Assembly (NCBI GenBank): GCA_046704725.1
Contig: JBJKRI010000005.1
Location: forward strand, 64,001-128,000
Length of the DNA stretch: 64,000 nucleotides
DNA from: Candidatus Woesearchaeota archaeon
GTDB lineage: Archaea; Nanobdellota; Nanobdellia; Woesearchaeales; SKIA01
Reading direction: 5' to 3'
Positions 1 to 9,292 of the stretch are shown here, piece after piece. The translations under genes were made by a program, and so were the position numbers. The notes beneath the pieces were generated by a model that was not told the origin of the DNA, did not search any database, and saw nothing but the letters and a program-made list of their open reading frames with translations. Each line of letters begins with the position of its first letter. Position 1 is the first letter of the stretch.

Positions 1-82
1 GGCGCTGCGGTTCCTCATAGAGAACACGAACGGTTTCCAGAGAATCCATTCTGGCGACTATGACATCTGGGAGGTGGTCTGA
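1..82 (+). CDS. 3' end of a CDS running in from the window edge (..ALRFLIENTNGFQRIHSGDYDIWEVV*)
   Basis: Open frame from position 2 to TGA 80-82, which overlaps the next ATG (TGATG coupling). Confidence 0.6.
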   Translation, partial: ALRFLIENTNGFQRIHSGDYDIWEVV

Positions 83-798
83 TGCGCGTCAGCGTGATCA
101 TACCGGCGCTCAACGAGGAGCGGACACTGCCGCTCCTTCTCGAGAGCCTGCACAATCAGACGCGTCCCCCCGAAGAGATTATCGTGGCGGTCAGCCCGAA
201 GAGTAGCGACGGCACACGCGAGGTGGCGAAGCGGGCAGGAGTCACGGTCGTGGAAGGGGGCATGCCCGCGGAAGCGCGCAACGCCGGTGCGGAACGCGCG
301 ACGGGCAACCTTTTAGTCTTCATGGACGCCGACGTGCAGTGCGGCAGCGAGGACTTCTTGGAGCGCGCGGAAAAAGAGATGCGCGAGCGCGGGCTGGAGG
401 TGGCTGTGTGCGACCAACACACTGCGGGACCGCTCAAGGGACGCGCGTTCCTGGGCATCAGCAATCTTGTCGTGCGCGCCGGATCGCTCCTCCGCTCTCC
501 GTTCGCCATCGGGACGTGCATGTTCGCGACCCGCGACGCCTTCGAGGATATCGGGGGATTCGACGCCACGATCACGCTGTTCGAGGACTCGGAGTTCGTC
601 CAGCGGGCGCACAAGAAGGGGAAGCGGCTGCGCGTGCTCTCGCGCAGGACGCACATCGTGCCCGACACGCGTCGGTTGTCCAAGCGCGGCCTATGGGGGA
701 CGTTGCTCTTCTCGGTGCGCGTGCAGATGCACCGGCTACGTCACGGCGAGCTGCGGGACATGGAGCTCGACCCAGAGTACTTCGAGCACGAAAACTGA
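82..798 (+). CDS. Glycosyltransferase family 2
   Basis: VSVIIPALNEE, ARNAGA, FMDAD (DxD), GGFD..ED motifs. Confidence 0.93.
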   Translation: MRVSVIIPALNEERTLPLLLESLHNQTRPPEEIIVAVSPKSSDGTREVAKRAGVTVVEGGMPAEARNAGAERATGNLLVFMDADVQCGSEDFLERAEKEMRERGLEVAVCDQHTAGPLKGRAFLGISNLVVRAGSLLRSPFAIGTCMFATRDAFEDIGGFDATITLFEDSEFVQRAHKKGKRLRVLSRRTHIVPDTRRLSKRGLWGTLLFSVRVQMHRLRHGELRDMELDPEYFEHEN

Positions 799-799
799 A

Positions 800-1543
800 T
801 CAGGTCGTGTTGGTCGCGTTCGTGGCGTTCAGGGTGTCGCGGGTCGGGATGCCGGCCTGGGTGCAATACGTGCTGTTGACGAGATACTTGCAGACGTGCT
901 CGAGAATGAACTTCTTGTCCTGCATGCCGCAATACGGGTGCTCCTCGATGACCACGCACGGGTATTGTGTGATGTTGTAGTATTGCGTGAGCAGATTGAT
1001 GGTCTGGATTCCCAGGTCCTCGTCGTAGCTGAAGATGCTCACCTGCGAACCGAGATCGTGGTTGATGTCGGTGAGGACGAACGACTGGTCATCGCACTTC
1101 GGACAGGCGGATGCATTCTTGTAGTAGTACGAGACGACGACCTGGTCGCCGTAGTTGCAGGTCTTCTTGAGCTTGGTGAGCAGCATCATGTAGACGACCT
1201 CGTTCTCGTTGAAGATCTTCTTCTGCTGGATGTAGAACGGATCGGTCTGGAACTGCTCGCTGGCGGCGCGGTACTCGTCGAGCTTGACCCCGAGATTCCA
1301 GATGCTCTTGTCCAAGTCTCGCAGCTTATTGCGGAATGCGAGGCACGCCATGCCGTTTCCGTAGGTGTCCGACATGAGGAAGAACGTCTGGATGTCGTTG
1401 ATGTCGTTGTACATCTTCTGGACCTCTCCGTTGATGTACGCCTGCCGCGAGTTGTCGAACTGCTTGCCGATGAGCAGTATCCCTCCGAGAAGGAGTATTG
1501 TTATGCCGAGCGCCGCGAGAGCGATCTGCCACTTCACTTCCAT
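800..1543 (-). CDS. Membrane-anchored protein with thioredoxin-like CxxC domain
   Basis: Start re-assigned to MEVKWQ (ATG 1543) overlapping the upstream stop; N-terminal TM helix; CPKC and YP(cis-Pro)CVVI thioredoxin-fold signature. Confidence 0.75.
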   Translation of the reverse strand: MEVKWQIALAALGITILLLGGILLIGKQFDNSRQAYINGEVQKMYNDINDIQTFFLMSDTYGNGMACLAFRNKLRDLDKSIWNLGVKLDEYRAASEQFQTDPFYIQQKKIFNENEVVYMMLLTKLKKTCNYGDQVVVSYYYKNASACPKCDDQSFVLTDINHDLGSQVSIFSYDEDLGIQTINLLTQYYNITQYPCVVIEEHPYCGMQDKKFILEHVCKYLVNSTYCTQAGIPTRDTLNATNATNTT

Positions 1544-2766
1544 TTGACTTTCTTCCCCCGGACTGCGTTCCACACCGCGGATATCCAGAACACCTGGTAC
1601 AAGAAGAACAGGAGCGGATAGCCGATGATGCCGAGCTTCCGGTCCCTGAACCGCTTGTTGGCGTACGCCAATCCCATGAACATGCTGACGATCGTCGCGA
1701 GGAACGCTGTGATCCCGATCATGTTGATGTTGCCGACCTGGAGCAGATCGATGTTGAAGGTGATGTGATCGAGAAAATTGAATCCAGTGTACTGGATGTT
1801 GAAGAGGAACTGGACGACCTGCGATAGCGAGAGGTAGACTCCGGCGATGAACAATGCGAGGCCGAGGAAGATGATGAGATAGTTGATGGGAACCACATAG
1901 GCGAACATGCCGTACCGCCTGTCGAAGAGCATGGAGCGATGCTGGTTGAGCGTCTGCAACGCGCCCGTATACCAGCGCCGGCGCTGCTTGTACAGGCCGC
2001 TGAACGTCGGCGGGATGTAGGTGCGAACCTTCGCCTCCATGCACGTGGCGATACGGTAGTGCGCTTTCTGCAGGCGATAGGCGATCTCCAGGTCCTCGGT
2101 GATATTGTTGGCGTCAAAGCCGCCGATGTGCCTGAGAGCCGTGGCGCGATAGATGGAGAACGGGCCGGGTGTGACGAAGACGCTGTCGAAGAACGAGAAG
2201 ACCTTCAGGAACAACGACAATCCGATGATGTACTCGATGTCGAAGATGCGGTGCAAGAAGCGCTTCTTCTCGGCGACCTCGACGGTGATGGTGACCGCGC
2301 CCACGCGCTTGCCGCGGAAGTACGGCAACGCCTTCTCGAAGACGTCGGGCTCGACCATGCTATCAGCGTCCATGCAAGCGACGAACTGCCCTTGCGCCAG
2401 GTCGATCCCCTGGTTGAGCGTGGCGGCCTTGCCCTTGTTCTCGGTGTTGTCGACGAAGCGGAAACGAGGATCGCCTTGTATGGCGCGTCGCACCGCGTCT
2501 CCCGTACCGTCGCTGCTGCCATCGCTGAGGACGATGAACTCGACCTTGGGATAGGTGATCTTCTGGAGGCTCTCGATGGTGTGCGCGATGGTCTTCTCCT
2601 CGTTGTAGGCGGGGACGATGACCGAGACGCTCGGGCGCCACTTGCCCAGCGAACGCTTCTCGAAGAGCTTGTCCTTGCCGATGATGAGGGCCAACAGCAG
2701 GAAGACGACATAGTACGTGGCGCAGAACCAGACCATGTAGACGAAAGCGTTGTAGAGGGGCGTCAC
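1534..2766 (-). CDS. Processive GT2 (PgaC/IcaA/cellulose-synthase-like) glycosyltransferase
   Basis: DGSSD, DADS, TED and QRRRW motifs with N- and C-terminal TM helices. Confidence 0.92.
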   Translation of the reverse strand: MTPLYNAFVYMVWFCATYYVVFLLLALIIGKDKLFEKRSLGKWRPSVSVIVPAYNEEKTIAHTIESLQKITYPKVEFIVLSDGSSDGTGDAVRRAIQGDPRFRFVDNTENKGKAATLNQGIDLAQGQFVACMDADSMVEPDVFEKALPYFRGKRVGAVTITVEVAEKKRFLHRIFDIEYIIGLSLFLKVFSFFDSVFVTPGPFSIYRATALRHIGGFDANNITEDLEIAYRLQKAHYRIATCMEAKVRTYIPPTFSGLYKQRRRWYTGALQTLNQHRSMLFDRRYGMFAYVVPINYLIIFLGLALFIAGVYLSLSQVVQFLFNIQYTGFNFLDHITFNIDLLQVGNINMIGITAFLATIVSMFMGLAYANKRFRDRKLGIIGYPLLFFLYQVFWISAVWNAVRGKKVKWK

Positions 2767-2925
2767 GCGTCAGTAAAGCCAGAATTCATTTATAAAGCTT
2801 GGTGTGCTTGGAGGGCTGAATAAACGCTATTCGACGATGTGCGGCCTTTTTTGGCGATAACAGGCGCATCCCCTCCGGACAAAGAGGAGGAGCCCTTATA
2901 TACCCTGCACAAGTCGCTAGGAACC

Positions 2926-4389
2926 GTGGCGAAGGACCGGAGCTCGCTGATACTGCTCGGCGGGATCGTGGTATACGCGATCCTCAAGATCGTGCTGCTC
3001 TTGCGTTACCACCAAGTACAGTGGGACGAAGCGGTCTTCCTCACCATGGGGAAATACCTCGTCACCGGGGGCGCCCAGGGATACTGGGAAGCGCTGCGCC
3101 CGCCATTGCTCCCCGTGCTGCTCAGCGGGCTGCAGGCCGTCGGGAATCCTGTGGTGATTGCGGAGCTTCTCATCGCCGCCATGGGAGCCGTCGCGTCCTA
3201 TCTGCTGTACGACCTGCTCAAGGAGTATGTGCGCCCGACAATCGCGGCGCTGGCCGCGGTGACGCTCTTGTTCTCGACGACCTGGTTCTGGTACGGGAGC
3301 ATGATCATGGAAGGGGTGCCGAGCGCCTTTCTCATCCTCCTCGCTGTCTGGCTGCACAGAAGGAAGCGCTTCGGACTCTCGGGAATGGTCGCCGCAGGAG
3401 CGTTCCTCACGCGCTTTCCAGCGGGACTCGTGCTCGTGGGCATCGCCGCGCACCACGCCTACCTGCTCTGGAGAGAGTGGCCGACGCGCGAACGGACAGA
3501 ACGCATCCGGGACGCCGTCTTGTTCGGCATCGGCTTCGCCGTGCCCGTCATCGCCTGGCTCATCCTGAACGCAGCATTGTGGGCGCCGCGCTACGGCCTC
3601 TTGCGCGGAGCGCTTTATCCCATCCTCGCGGGAGCGGGCAACGTCTTCACGCAGAACCTCTGGCTGCGCGCAGGGGAGTGGTGGTACTACCTGTGGGGGT
3701 TGCTCTTGGGACTGCCCATCAGCGTGCTCGCACTCTTCGGGGTCACCGAATTGCGGAAAAAGGACGCCTTGGTGCCCGTGGCGATCACAGGCATCCTCGC
3801 GCTCGTGTTCTTCAGCGCTATCGCGGACAAGCAGCTGCGATTCCTCATCATCGTGCTCCCAGGAATCCTCGCGCTCGTCGCCTTGGGAGCGGATAGGCTC
3901 TATCGCGTCGGGAGATACGCTCCGACGATCATTATCGCGCTCTTGGCGCTCAGCGGTATCGTGCTCGCCGTACAGGACGCCCGGATGATCCAGCAGCGCC
4001 CCGTCGCCCCGACACCCATCCTCTCCTACTACACCTACGCGCAACGGCATCCCCTGCCGGGCCTTGTCGCGGTGAGCGACCCGGGAGCGGCGTGGCAGAG
4101 CCCGAACCCTGCCATACCGACGTACTTCGAGTTCCTGCCCAACCTGCGCGCGGCAATCGCGCTGAACGCGAGCACCATATTCTTCGTGCCGTTCCAGCAA
4201 GCGTGCGATCCGGGTGATGCACAGTGCGCGAAGACTCTGCGCGCGGACGAGATCCTGCTCGAGAACCAGTACGTCCTGGTCTACCAGCAACGATACCAGG
4301 GGCGCGGCTACTACGTCTTCCGCAAGGGCGGGAAGGCGCTGCCGCTCGACATGTTCGAGAATGAGACAGGGCTCACCGCTTCTTCATGA
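2926..4389 (+). CDS. GT-C fold (family 39/ArnT-like) membrane glycosyltransferase
   Basis: WDEAVF and RPPLLP motifs, many TM helices; GTG 2926 lies about 25 nt after a CTTATATA box. Confidence 0.8.
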   Translation: MAKDRSSLILLGGIVVYAILKIVLLLRYHQVQWDEAVFLTMGKYLVTGGAQGYWEALRPPLLPVLLSGLQAVGNPVVIAELLIAAMGAVASYLLYDLLKEYVRPTIAALAAVTLLFSTTWFWYGSMIMEGVPSAFLILLAVWLHRRKRFGLSGMVAAGAFLTRFPAGLVLVGIAAHHAYLLWREWPTRERTERIRDAVLFGIGFAVPVIAWLILNAALWAPRYGLLRGALYPILAGAGNVFTQNLWLRAGEWWYYLWGLLLGLPISVLALFGVTELRKKDALVPVAITGILALVFFSAIADKQLRFLIIVLPGILALVALGADRLYRVGRYAPTIIIALLALSGIVLAVQDARMIQQRPVAPTPILSYYTYAQRHPLPGLVAVSDPGAAWQSPNPAIPTYFEFLPNLRAAIALNASTIFFVPFQQACDPGDAQCAKTLRADEILLENQYVLVYQQRYQGRGYYVFRKGGKALPLDMFENETGLTASS

Positions 4390-4798
4390 GGTCGCCGATG
4401 GTCATGCCAGCGCCCGGAGCGTTGAACGTGGACGTGTCCGGCGCCTCCATCTCCTGGACGAGCGAGACGCCGAGGCGTTTTTCGAGGGTGCGCGCCATCT
4501 CAAGCGTCGGGGTGCGATGACCGGTCTCCCACGCGTGGAGGTCGGACTCCTTGACGGCGAGCATGCGCGCGAGGTCCTTCTGGGAGAGGTCCTTGCGCTC
4601 GCGGGCAGAACGGATGATATTGGATGCGTCAGAGCGGACGACGAGATCCTTCTTGGCCCCCTTGGTCCGCGCTCTCGGTGCCTGTCGCTCGTGGATGACC
4701 TCGCCGTAGGACGCGCACTGGGCGCAGACGCGGTACGTCACGCCCTCGATGCGCGCGAGCACGGTCGCGCCCTGGGCCCCGCAGAGGTCACACGCCAT
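4373..4798 (-). CDS. mbf1: Archaeal multiprotein bridging factor 1 (Zn ribbon + HTH)
   Basis: CDLCG..IEG..VCAQC, cro-type HTH, C-terminal TIGDL; start at ATG 4798. Confidence 0.9.
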   Translation of the reverse strand: MACDLCGAQGATVLARIEGVTYRVCAQCASYGEVIHERQAPRARTKGAKKDLVVRSDASNIIRSARERKDLSQKDLARMLAVKESDLHAWETGHRTPTLEMARTLEKRLGVSLVQEMEAPDTSTFNAPGAGMTIGDLMKKR

Positions 4799-5834
4799 AG
4801 CGCACCACCCGTACCGGGAGCTTTCCGGAATACACCACGCTCGTCCCATGGGAAGTGAGCTTATATGTCTTCGCGTAGCGCTCGACGGCTGCGAGGGTCT
4901 CTTCGGTGAGGCACGCGACGAGCAGCTCTCCGCCCTTCTTGAGCACGAAGGCCGCCTGGTAGCAGAGCTCGCGCAGGTGCGTGTCCTCGGGGTTGCGGTG
5001 CGTGACTGGAGGTGGGATGGTGACGATCGCGTCGATCGCTTTTGCCTCGAACTTGACGTCCATCCACTCCGGATCCAGCTTGCTGAAGGTGATGGCTTTT
5101 TCCACGCCCGCGAGCTTGGCGTTTTTCTTGCAGCTACGCAGGTTACCGAGTTGGGGATCGAAGCACCAGACCGCGTGCGTCTCTTTCTGCTCATCGATGA
5201 ACGCGTCCTTCCGCTGATCCTCGAGCACGTCGATACGCTCGTGCTTGCGGAAGAGGAGCGGCGAGGTGCTGGTGGCGCGTAACGCGGCCTCGATAGCGAC
5301 CTCGCCCGTGTTGCCGAACGGATCGAGGATAGCTGATGGAGGGAGCATCCAGACCAAGGCCGCGGCGAGCGTGCCCTTGGGCGAGGTGCGTCCGGTGAAG
5401 ACGCGATAGTAACGCTTGCTCAGGTCGCCGGCGACATCGATGCCGCACAGGCAGGTCTTCCCGACCTGGCAGAACAATACGTGCTGCGGCTTCGACAGGT
5501 CCACGGGGCGCTGGATGCGGCCGCCCAAGGAGGCGGCGAGGTCCACGCTGTTGCCTTCCCCGCCATGGACGATGTCGCACTCGGCCTTGAAGGTCTCATC
5601 CTTCGGAATGAGTTCTTCCACCTTTCCGAGGTCGAGGGAATCGAAAGGTCCGTGCGAGACCGCGGCGAGCAATCGCGTGGCCGTCTGGAGATGATAGAGC
5701 AGATGGGTCGCCTTCTTCTTATCGGCCTGGAAGGCGCAGCCGCCTTGGAGCCTCTCGCAGGAGACGCCATGGCTCTCCAACTCGTTCGCGAGCGCCTCTT
5801 CCGCTCCGATGTGCGTGAGGGCATACCATTCCAT
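4788..5834 (-). CDS. THUMP-domain RNA methyltransferase (UPF0020/Trm14-RlmL-like)
   Basis: DLSKRYYR, LAAALV, ILDPFGNTGEVAIEAA, IVTIPP motifs. Confidence 0.8.
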   Translation of the reverse strand: MEWYALTHIGAEEALANELESHGVSCERLQGGCAFQADKKKATHLLYHLQTATRLLAAVSHGPFDSLDLGKVEELIPKDETFKAECDIVHGGEGNSVDLAASLGGRIQRPVDLSKPQHVLFCQVGKTCLCGIDVAGDLSKRYYRVFTGRTSPKGTLAAALVWMLPPSAILDPFGNTGEVAIEAALRATSTSPLLFRKHERIDVLEDQRKDAFIDEQKETHAVWCFDPQLGNLRSCKKNAKLAGVEKAITFSKLDPEWMDVKFEAKAIDAIVTIPPPVTHRNPEDTHLRELCYQAAFVLKKGGELLVACLTEETLAAVERYAKTYKLTSHGTSVVYSGKLPVRVVRYGV

Positions 5835-5907
5835 GGCCGTGCGGAACAGAAGGCGATTCTTAAAGCTGTGCGGAAGGCTTTTTCTTCTCGGATGTTCTCC
5901 TGCCTAG

Positions 5908-6354
5908 ATGCGTCCAATCCTCTCCTTGGACATCGGCGAAACCCTGCTCATGGAGTTCGGGAGCAGGTACCGTCCGCTCGCGCGCCCGTACGCAGAGCTG
6001 TTCCTGCGCGAGACACGCGGACTCTTCGCGGAGCGTTACTTCAACAGCACCGATATCCGCGAGACGGCCACGCCCGCGCTCACCAAGTGTTTTCCCTTGG
6101 AGATCTGGAGTGATTTCCGTTTCCTGCGCCACAGCAACAAGGCCGTGCCGCTCTTCGGCCTTGACGGCCAGGTCATCCATGTGGAGGACGGAGGGATGCT
6201 GCCGGACGAGAGAAGGGACTTCGCGCTCGTCGGCGCCCTCTATCTGACAGTCCCGACGTGGGATGTGGTGGACGTCCGGGAGGGAGTGCCGATCATGGCG
6301 GAGGATGATGCGCTGCTCGCGGCGTTGGACATCATCCGCGATTGGGCGACCTAG
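5908..6354 (+). CDS. Hypothetical protein (weak HAD-like N-terminus)
   Basis: ORF fills the gap; ILSLDIGETL and IHVED resemble HAD motifs. Confidence 0.55.
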   Translation: MRPILSLDIGETLLMEFGSRYRPLARPYAELFLRETRGLFAERYFNSTDIRETATPALTKCFPLEIWSDFRFLRHSNKAVPLFGLDGQVIHVEDGGMLPDERRDFALVGALYLTVPTWDVVDVREGVPIMAEDDALLAALDIIRDWAT

Positions 6355-6383
6355 TTTTTCGTCAGGACCGAAAAAGCTTATAA

Positions 6384-6992
6384 ATGACGGAGTCGCCAAA
6401 AGTCACCATGGAGCAGGGACCTGAATACTGCGTCTACTACGAGCGCGACAGCGAGGACATCCTGGACTTCGTGCCGGCGATCGACGCCGACCTGCGCAAC
6501 ACGGTTATCGCCGTCTGGAAGCAGGAGATCCCGCGCAAGATCCTCCAGGCCATCAGCGAAGGCGGATTGACGATGCAGGAACTGCGAAAGCGCATCGGGC
6601 ACAGCAACAGCACGCTGCACGAGAACGTCAAGAAGCTCGAGGAGCTGCAGCTCATCCGCACCAACATCATCTACGAAGGCAACAAGATCCGCGTGCTCGA
6701 GCCGAGATTCCTCTTCGTGACCAAGAACCCCAAGTTCCGCATCGCCGTGCAGCGATTCTTCCAGGGATTGTGGGTGGACAGCAGCGCGAACGAGAAGGTG
6801 CTGGAGTTCTTGTCGAAACACCCCGACGAGTACTTCACGGCAGAGGAGATCGCCGCTAAGACCGGACTGACTGTGGACAAGGTCGAGCTCGCGCTCACCA
6901 GCTGGGACAGCCAAGCGACGCGCGCTCTCAGCGACTTCATGCGGAAGCGGCCCTTCGAGAAGAAGGTCCTCTACAAGGGTTTCGCGGAGTAA
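6384..6992 (+). CDS. Winged-helix (ArsR-like) transcription regulator with two HTH domains
   Basis: TMQELRKRIGHSNSTLHENVKKLEELQLI and a second TAEEIAAKTGL HTH; host-like codon usage. Confidence 0.8.
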   Translation: MTESPKVTMEQGPEYCVYYERDSEDILDFVPAIDADLRNTVIAVWKQEIPRKILQAISEGGLTMQELRKRIGHSNSTLHENVKKLEELQLIRTNIIYEGNKIRVLEPRFLFVTKNPKFRIAVQRFFQGLWVDSSANEKVLEFLSKHPDEYFTAEEIAAKTGLTVDKVELALTSWDSQATRALSDFMRKRPFEKKVLYKGFAE

Positions 6993-6996
6993 GACT

Positions 6997-7992
6997 TTAT
7001 CCCGTCGCGTTCACCGGAGCCAACGTCGACACGTCCTGCAGATGCACGATCGTGGCCTGGCTGCGCAGTTGCACGAGCAGGTCGTTGAACAATGTACGCG
7101 CCTTGTCGTTCTGGATCGTCTGGTTGATGGAGGAGCGCACCTGCGAGAGCGGGATGATGTTCGACTCGCGCTGGATGAGGTGCCAGCCGTACTGCGTGTG
7201 CACGGGCTGGGAGATCTCTCCGACAGACAGGTTGAGAGCGACGCTCTTGAAAGGCTCGACGATGCTGCTGTTGCTGCTGATGAAGCCGAGCTCGCCGCCC
7301 TTGCTCGCGCTGCCGGTATCCGTGCTGTTCTCCTTAGCGACGGTACCGAAATCCGTGCCGTTCATGATCTCGGCGCGGAGCGCGATGGCCTCGCTCTGGT
7401 TCGGGACGAGGATGTGACGGACGCGGACCTCTCCGGGCTGCGCGATGTACTGGCTCTGGTGCTGCTGGTAGTAGTCGCGGATCTCCTGCTCGGAGACCGA
7501 CACGTTCGGCATGATGTATTGGTTGACGAAGTCCGAGAGGACGAGGTCGTCATGCACGGCCTGGCTGTACGTGGCGAAGGAGACGTTGTTGGTCGCCAGC
7601 ACGCTCTTGAGCGTGGAGACATTGATGCCCAGCGAAGCCGCTTGCTGCTGGATACGCTGGTCCACCTGCGCCTGGGTCGCGTTGATGCCGTCCTTGGTGG
7701 CCTCCTGCAACACCAGCATCTTGTCGATGGTCTGGTTCAGGATGACCTCGGGCGAGTACTGCGCCCGGACGCTCGCGGGCAACGTGTCGTACTGGCTCAT
7801 GATGTCGGCCGAGTAGATGGGCTGACCGTTCACCGTCGCGACGACGGTCCCGCCCTGCGTCGCTTGCTTGCCCTGGAAGGACGTGATGATGAAGAACGCG
7901 AGGACGGCGATGACGACGACGAGGAGAGCGGCGAGACCCCATTGGACCTCACGCCGCTGGAAGAACGATTGCTTCTTGCGCTTGCGAGCCAT
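6997..7992 (-). CDS. PrsA/SurA-like parvulin peptidyl-prolyl isomerase, membrane anchored
   Basis: N-terminal TM, VATVNG SurA-N domain, VRHILV..STDTGSASKGGELG..PVHTQYGWHLI parvulin motifs. Confidence 0.92.
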   Translation of the reverse strand: MARKRKKQSFFQRREVQWGLAALLVVVIAVLAFFIITSFQGKQATQGGTVVATVNGQPIYSADIMSQYDTLPASVRAQYSPEVILNQTIDKMLVLQEATKDGINATQAQVDQRIQQQAASLGINVSTLKSVLATNNVSFATYSQAVHDDLVLSDFVNQYIMPNVSVSEQEIRDYYQQHQSQYIAQPGEVRVRHILVPNQSEAIALRAEIMNGTDFGTVAKENSTDTGSASKGGELGFISSNSSIVEPFKSVALNLSVGEISQPVHTQYGWHLIQRESNIIPLSQVRSSINQTIQNDKARTLFNDLLVQLRSQATIVHLQDVSTLAPVNATG

Positions 7993-8067
7993 ACCCCTGC
8001 CGCAACCGAGTGCGATTTAAGAATATTGTGCAGCAACCTTATAAACGGCCGGATGGAGTGCGAGGAC

Positions 8068-8679
8068 ATGCTCACCGTCTCGGAGATCATGTCGCGGGAT
8101 GTCCTGCTCGTCCCCGAGCGCACGCCGATCCAGCGGGCAGCGGCCTTGATGACGGAACGGCGCATCGGGAGCCTATTGGTGACGAGGAACGACCAGCCCG
8201 TCGGCATCGTGACCGAGCGTGACTTCACACGAGTGGTCGGACGGGCCATGGACTGGCGCGCGGCCGTCAGCGACATCATGAGCTCGCCGCTGTACTCGAC
8301 GCGACCGGACGCGGATATCATCGAGGTCGCGCACATCATGGCCGCGAACCACATCAAGAAGATGCCCGTCATCAATCAAGGGAAGATTGTGGGTATGGTG
8401 ACGCAGACCGACATCATCGCGCACCTGTTCACCACCATCGAGAGCCTCGAGAGCTCCTACGCCAAGGGAGAGATCGCCGGGAAGGACTTCGCGAGGAAAT
8501 TCACGAAGGTGTTCCGGGGCTACGAGCCCGCGGTCGAGGGCGTGACCAAGCACTGGCACATGCGCTGTCGGGCGTGCAACGCCTCGTTCACCGCGGAGGA
8601 GAAGGATGGCAGCGTGGACGAGCGCTGCCCGAAATGCGGCTCCACGGACGTCGAGTTCGACAAGCACCCGCCTATATGA
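8068..8679 (+). CDS. CBS-pair protein with C-terminal zinc ribbon
   Basis: Two CBS repeats (GIVTERD, GMVTQTD) plus CRAC..CPKCGS; TATA box at about 8038-8045. Confidence 0.88.
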   Translation: MLTVSEIMSRDVLLVPERTPIQRAAALMTERRIGSLLVTRNDQPVGIVTERDFTRVVGRAMDWRAAVSDIMSSPLYSTRPDADIIEVAHIMAANHIKKMPVINQGKIVGMVTQTDIIAHLFTTIESLESSYAKGEIAGKDFARKFTKVFRGYEPAVEGVTKHWHMRCRACNASFTAEEKDGSVDERCPKCGSTDVEFDKHPPI

Positions 8680-9217
8680 GCATGAGCAAGGCGCCTGTCG
8701 CGAGCGGCAGGATGAGATTGTCGTCGAGCACAGCGATGCTCGAGTAATCGATGGATTCGAGCGCGGTCACCACGAGCGCGCCGAGCCACCAGAACGAGGT
8801 AGCGAAGGCGAGGATGACAGCGGATACGAGATAGAACGCGTACAATCCCTCCCAGGTCTTCTTCGGGCTCCAAGGCAACTTGTGCTTTCCGTGCCTGCCA
8901 ACGAGGGTGGAGGCGCTGTCGGCCCACGCGAGCACGAGCGTCGCGACGACGATGTGCGCAGGAAAGAGCAACGCGGTGAGGAGCACGCCGACCGTCATGG
9001 CGAACGCACCCTTTCCCGGGCGCTTGCTGTTCGGGCGCTCGAAATGCGTGAGGATGAACGTGCCGACGGGATTCCTGAAGGCGACGATCACCGCTTGGAC
9101 CAGGAGAAGGGCCGCGCAGACGATGAGGAAGACGGGCTGCGAGAATATGGCCGCGAGCGCGGCGAACACCGTCCCCAGGACGAAGTGGAAGAGTTGCCGC
9201 TTGGTCTCGATGCGCAT
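8672..9217 (-). CDS. Dolichol/phytol kinase-like (CTP_transf_1) membrane protein
   Basis: RQLFH, ADSASTLVG, KKTWEG, DDNLILP motifs. Confidence 0.88.
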   Translation of the reverse strand: MRIETKRQLFHFVLGTVFAALAAIFSQPVFLIVCAALLLVQAVIVAFRNPVGTFILTHFERPNSKRPGKGAFAMTVGVLLTALLFPAHIVVATLVLAWADSASTLVGRHGKHKLPWSPKKTWEGLYAFYLVSAVILAFATSFWWLGALVVTALESIDYSSIAVLDDNLILPLATGALLMLI

Positions 9218-9292
9218 GGACGGTGCGCGATGTATCTGTATAAATGCGTATGGGCCACGTACTTTTTAAAGGGGCGTTCCCGGGAACAACGC

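Noticed and set aside
8606-9292. N-terminal extension of the 1096-aa ATPase ORF
   Set aside because: It overlaps the CBS gene and the antisense kinase gene; a TATA-like box precedes ATG 9293.
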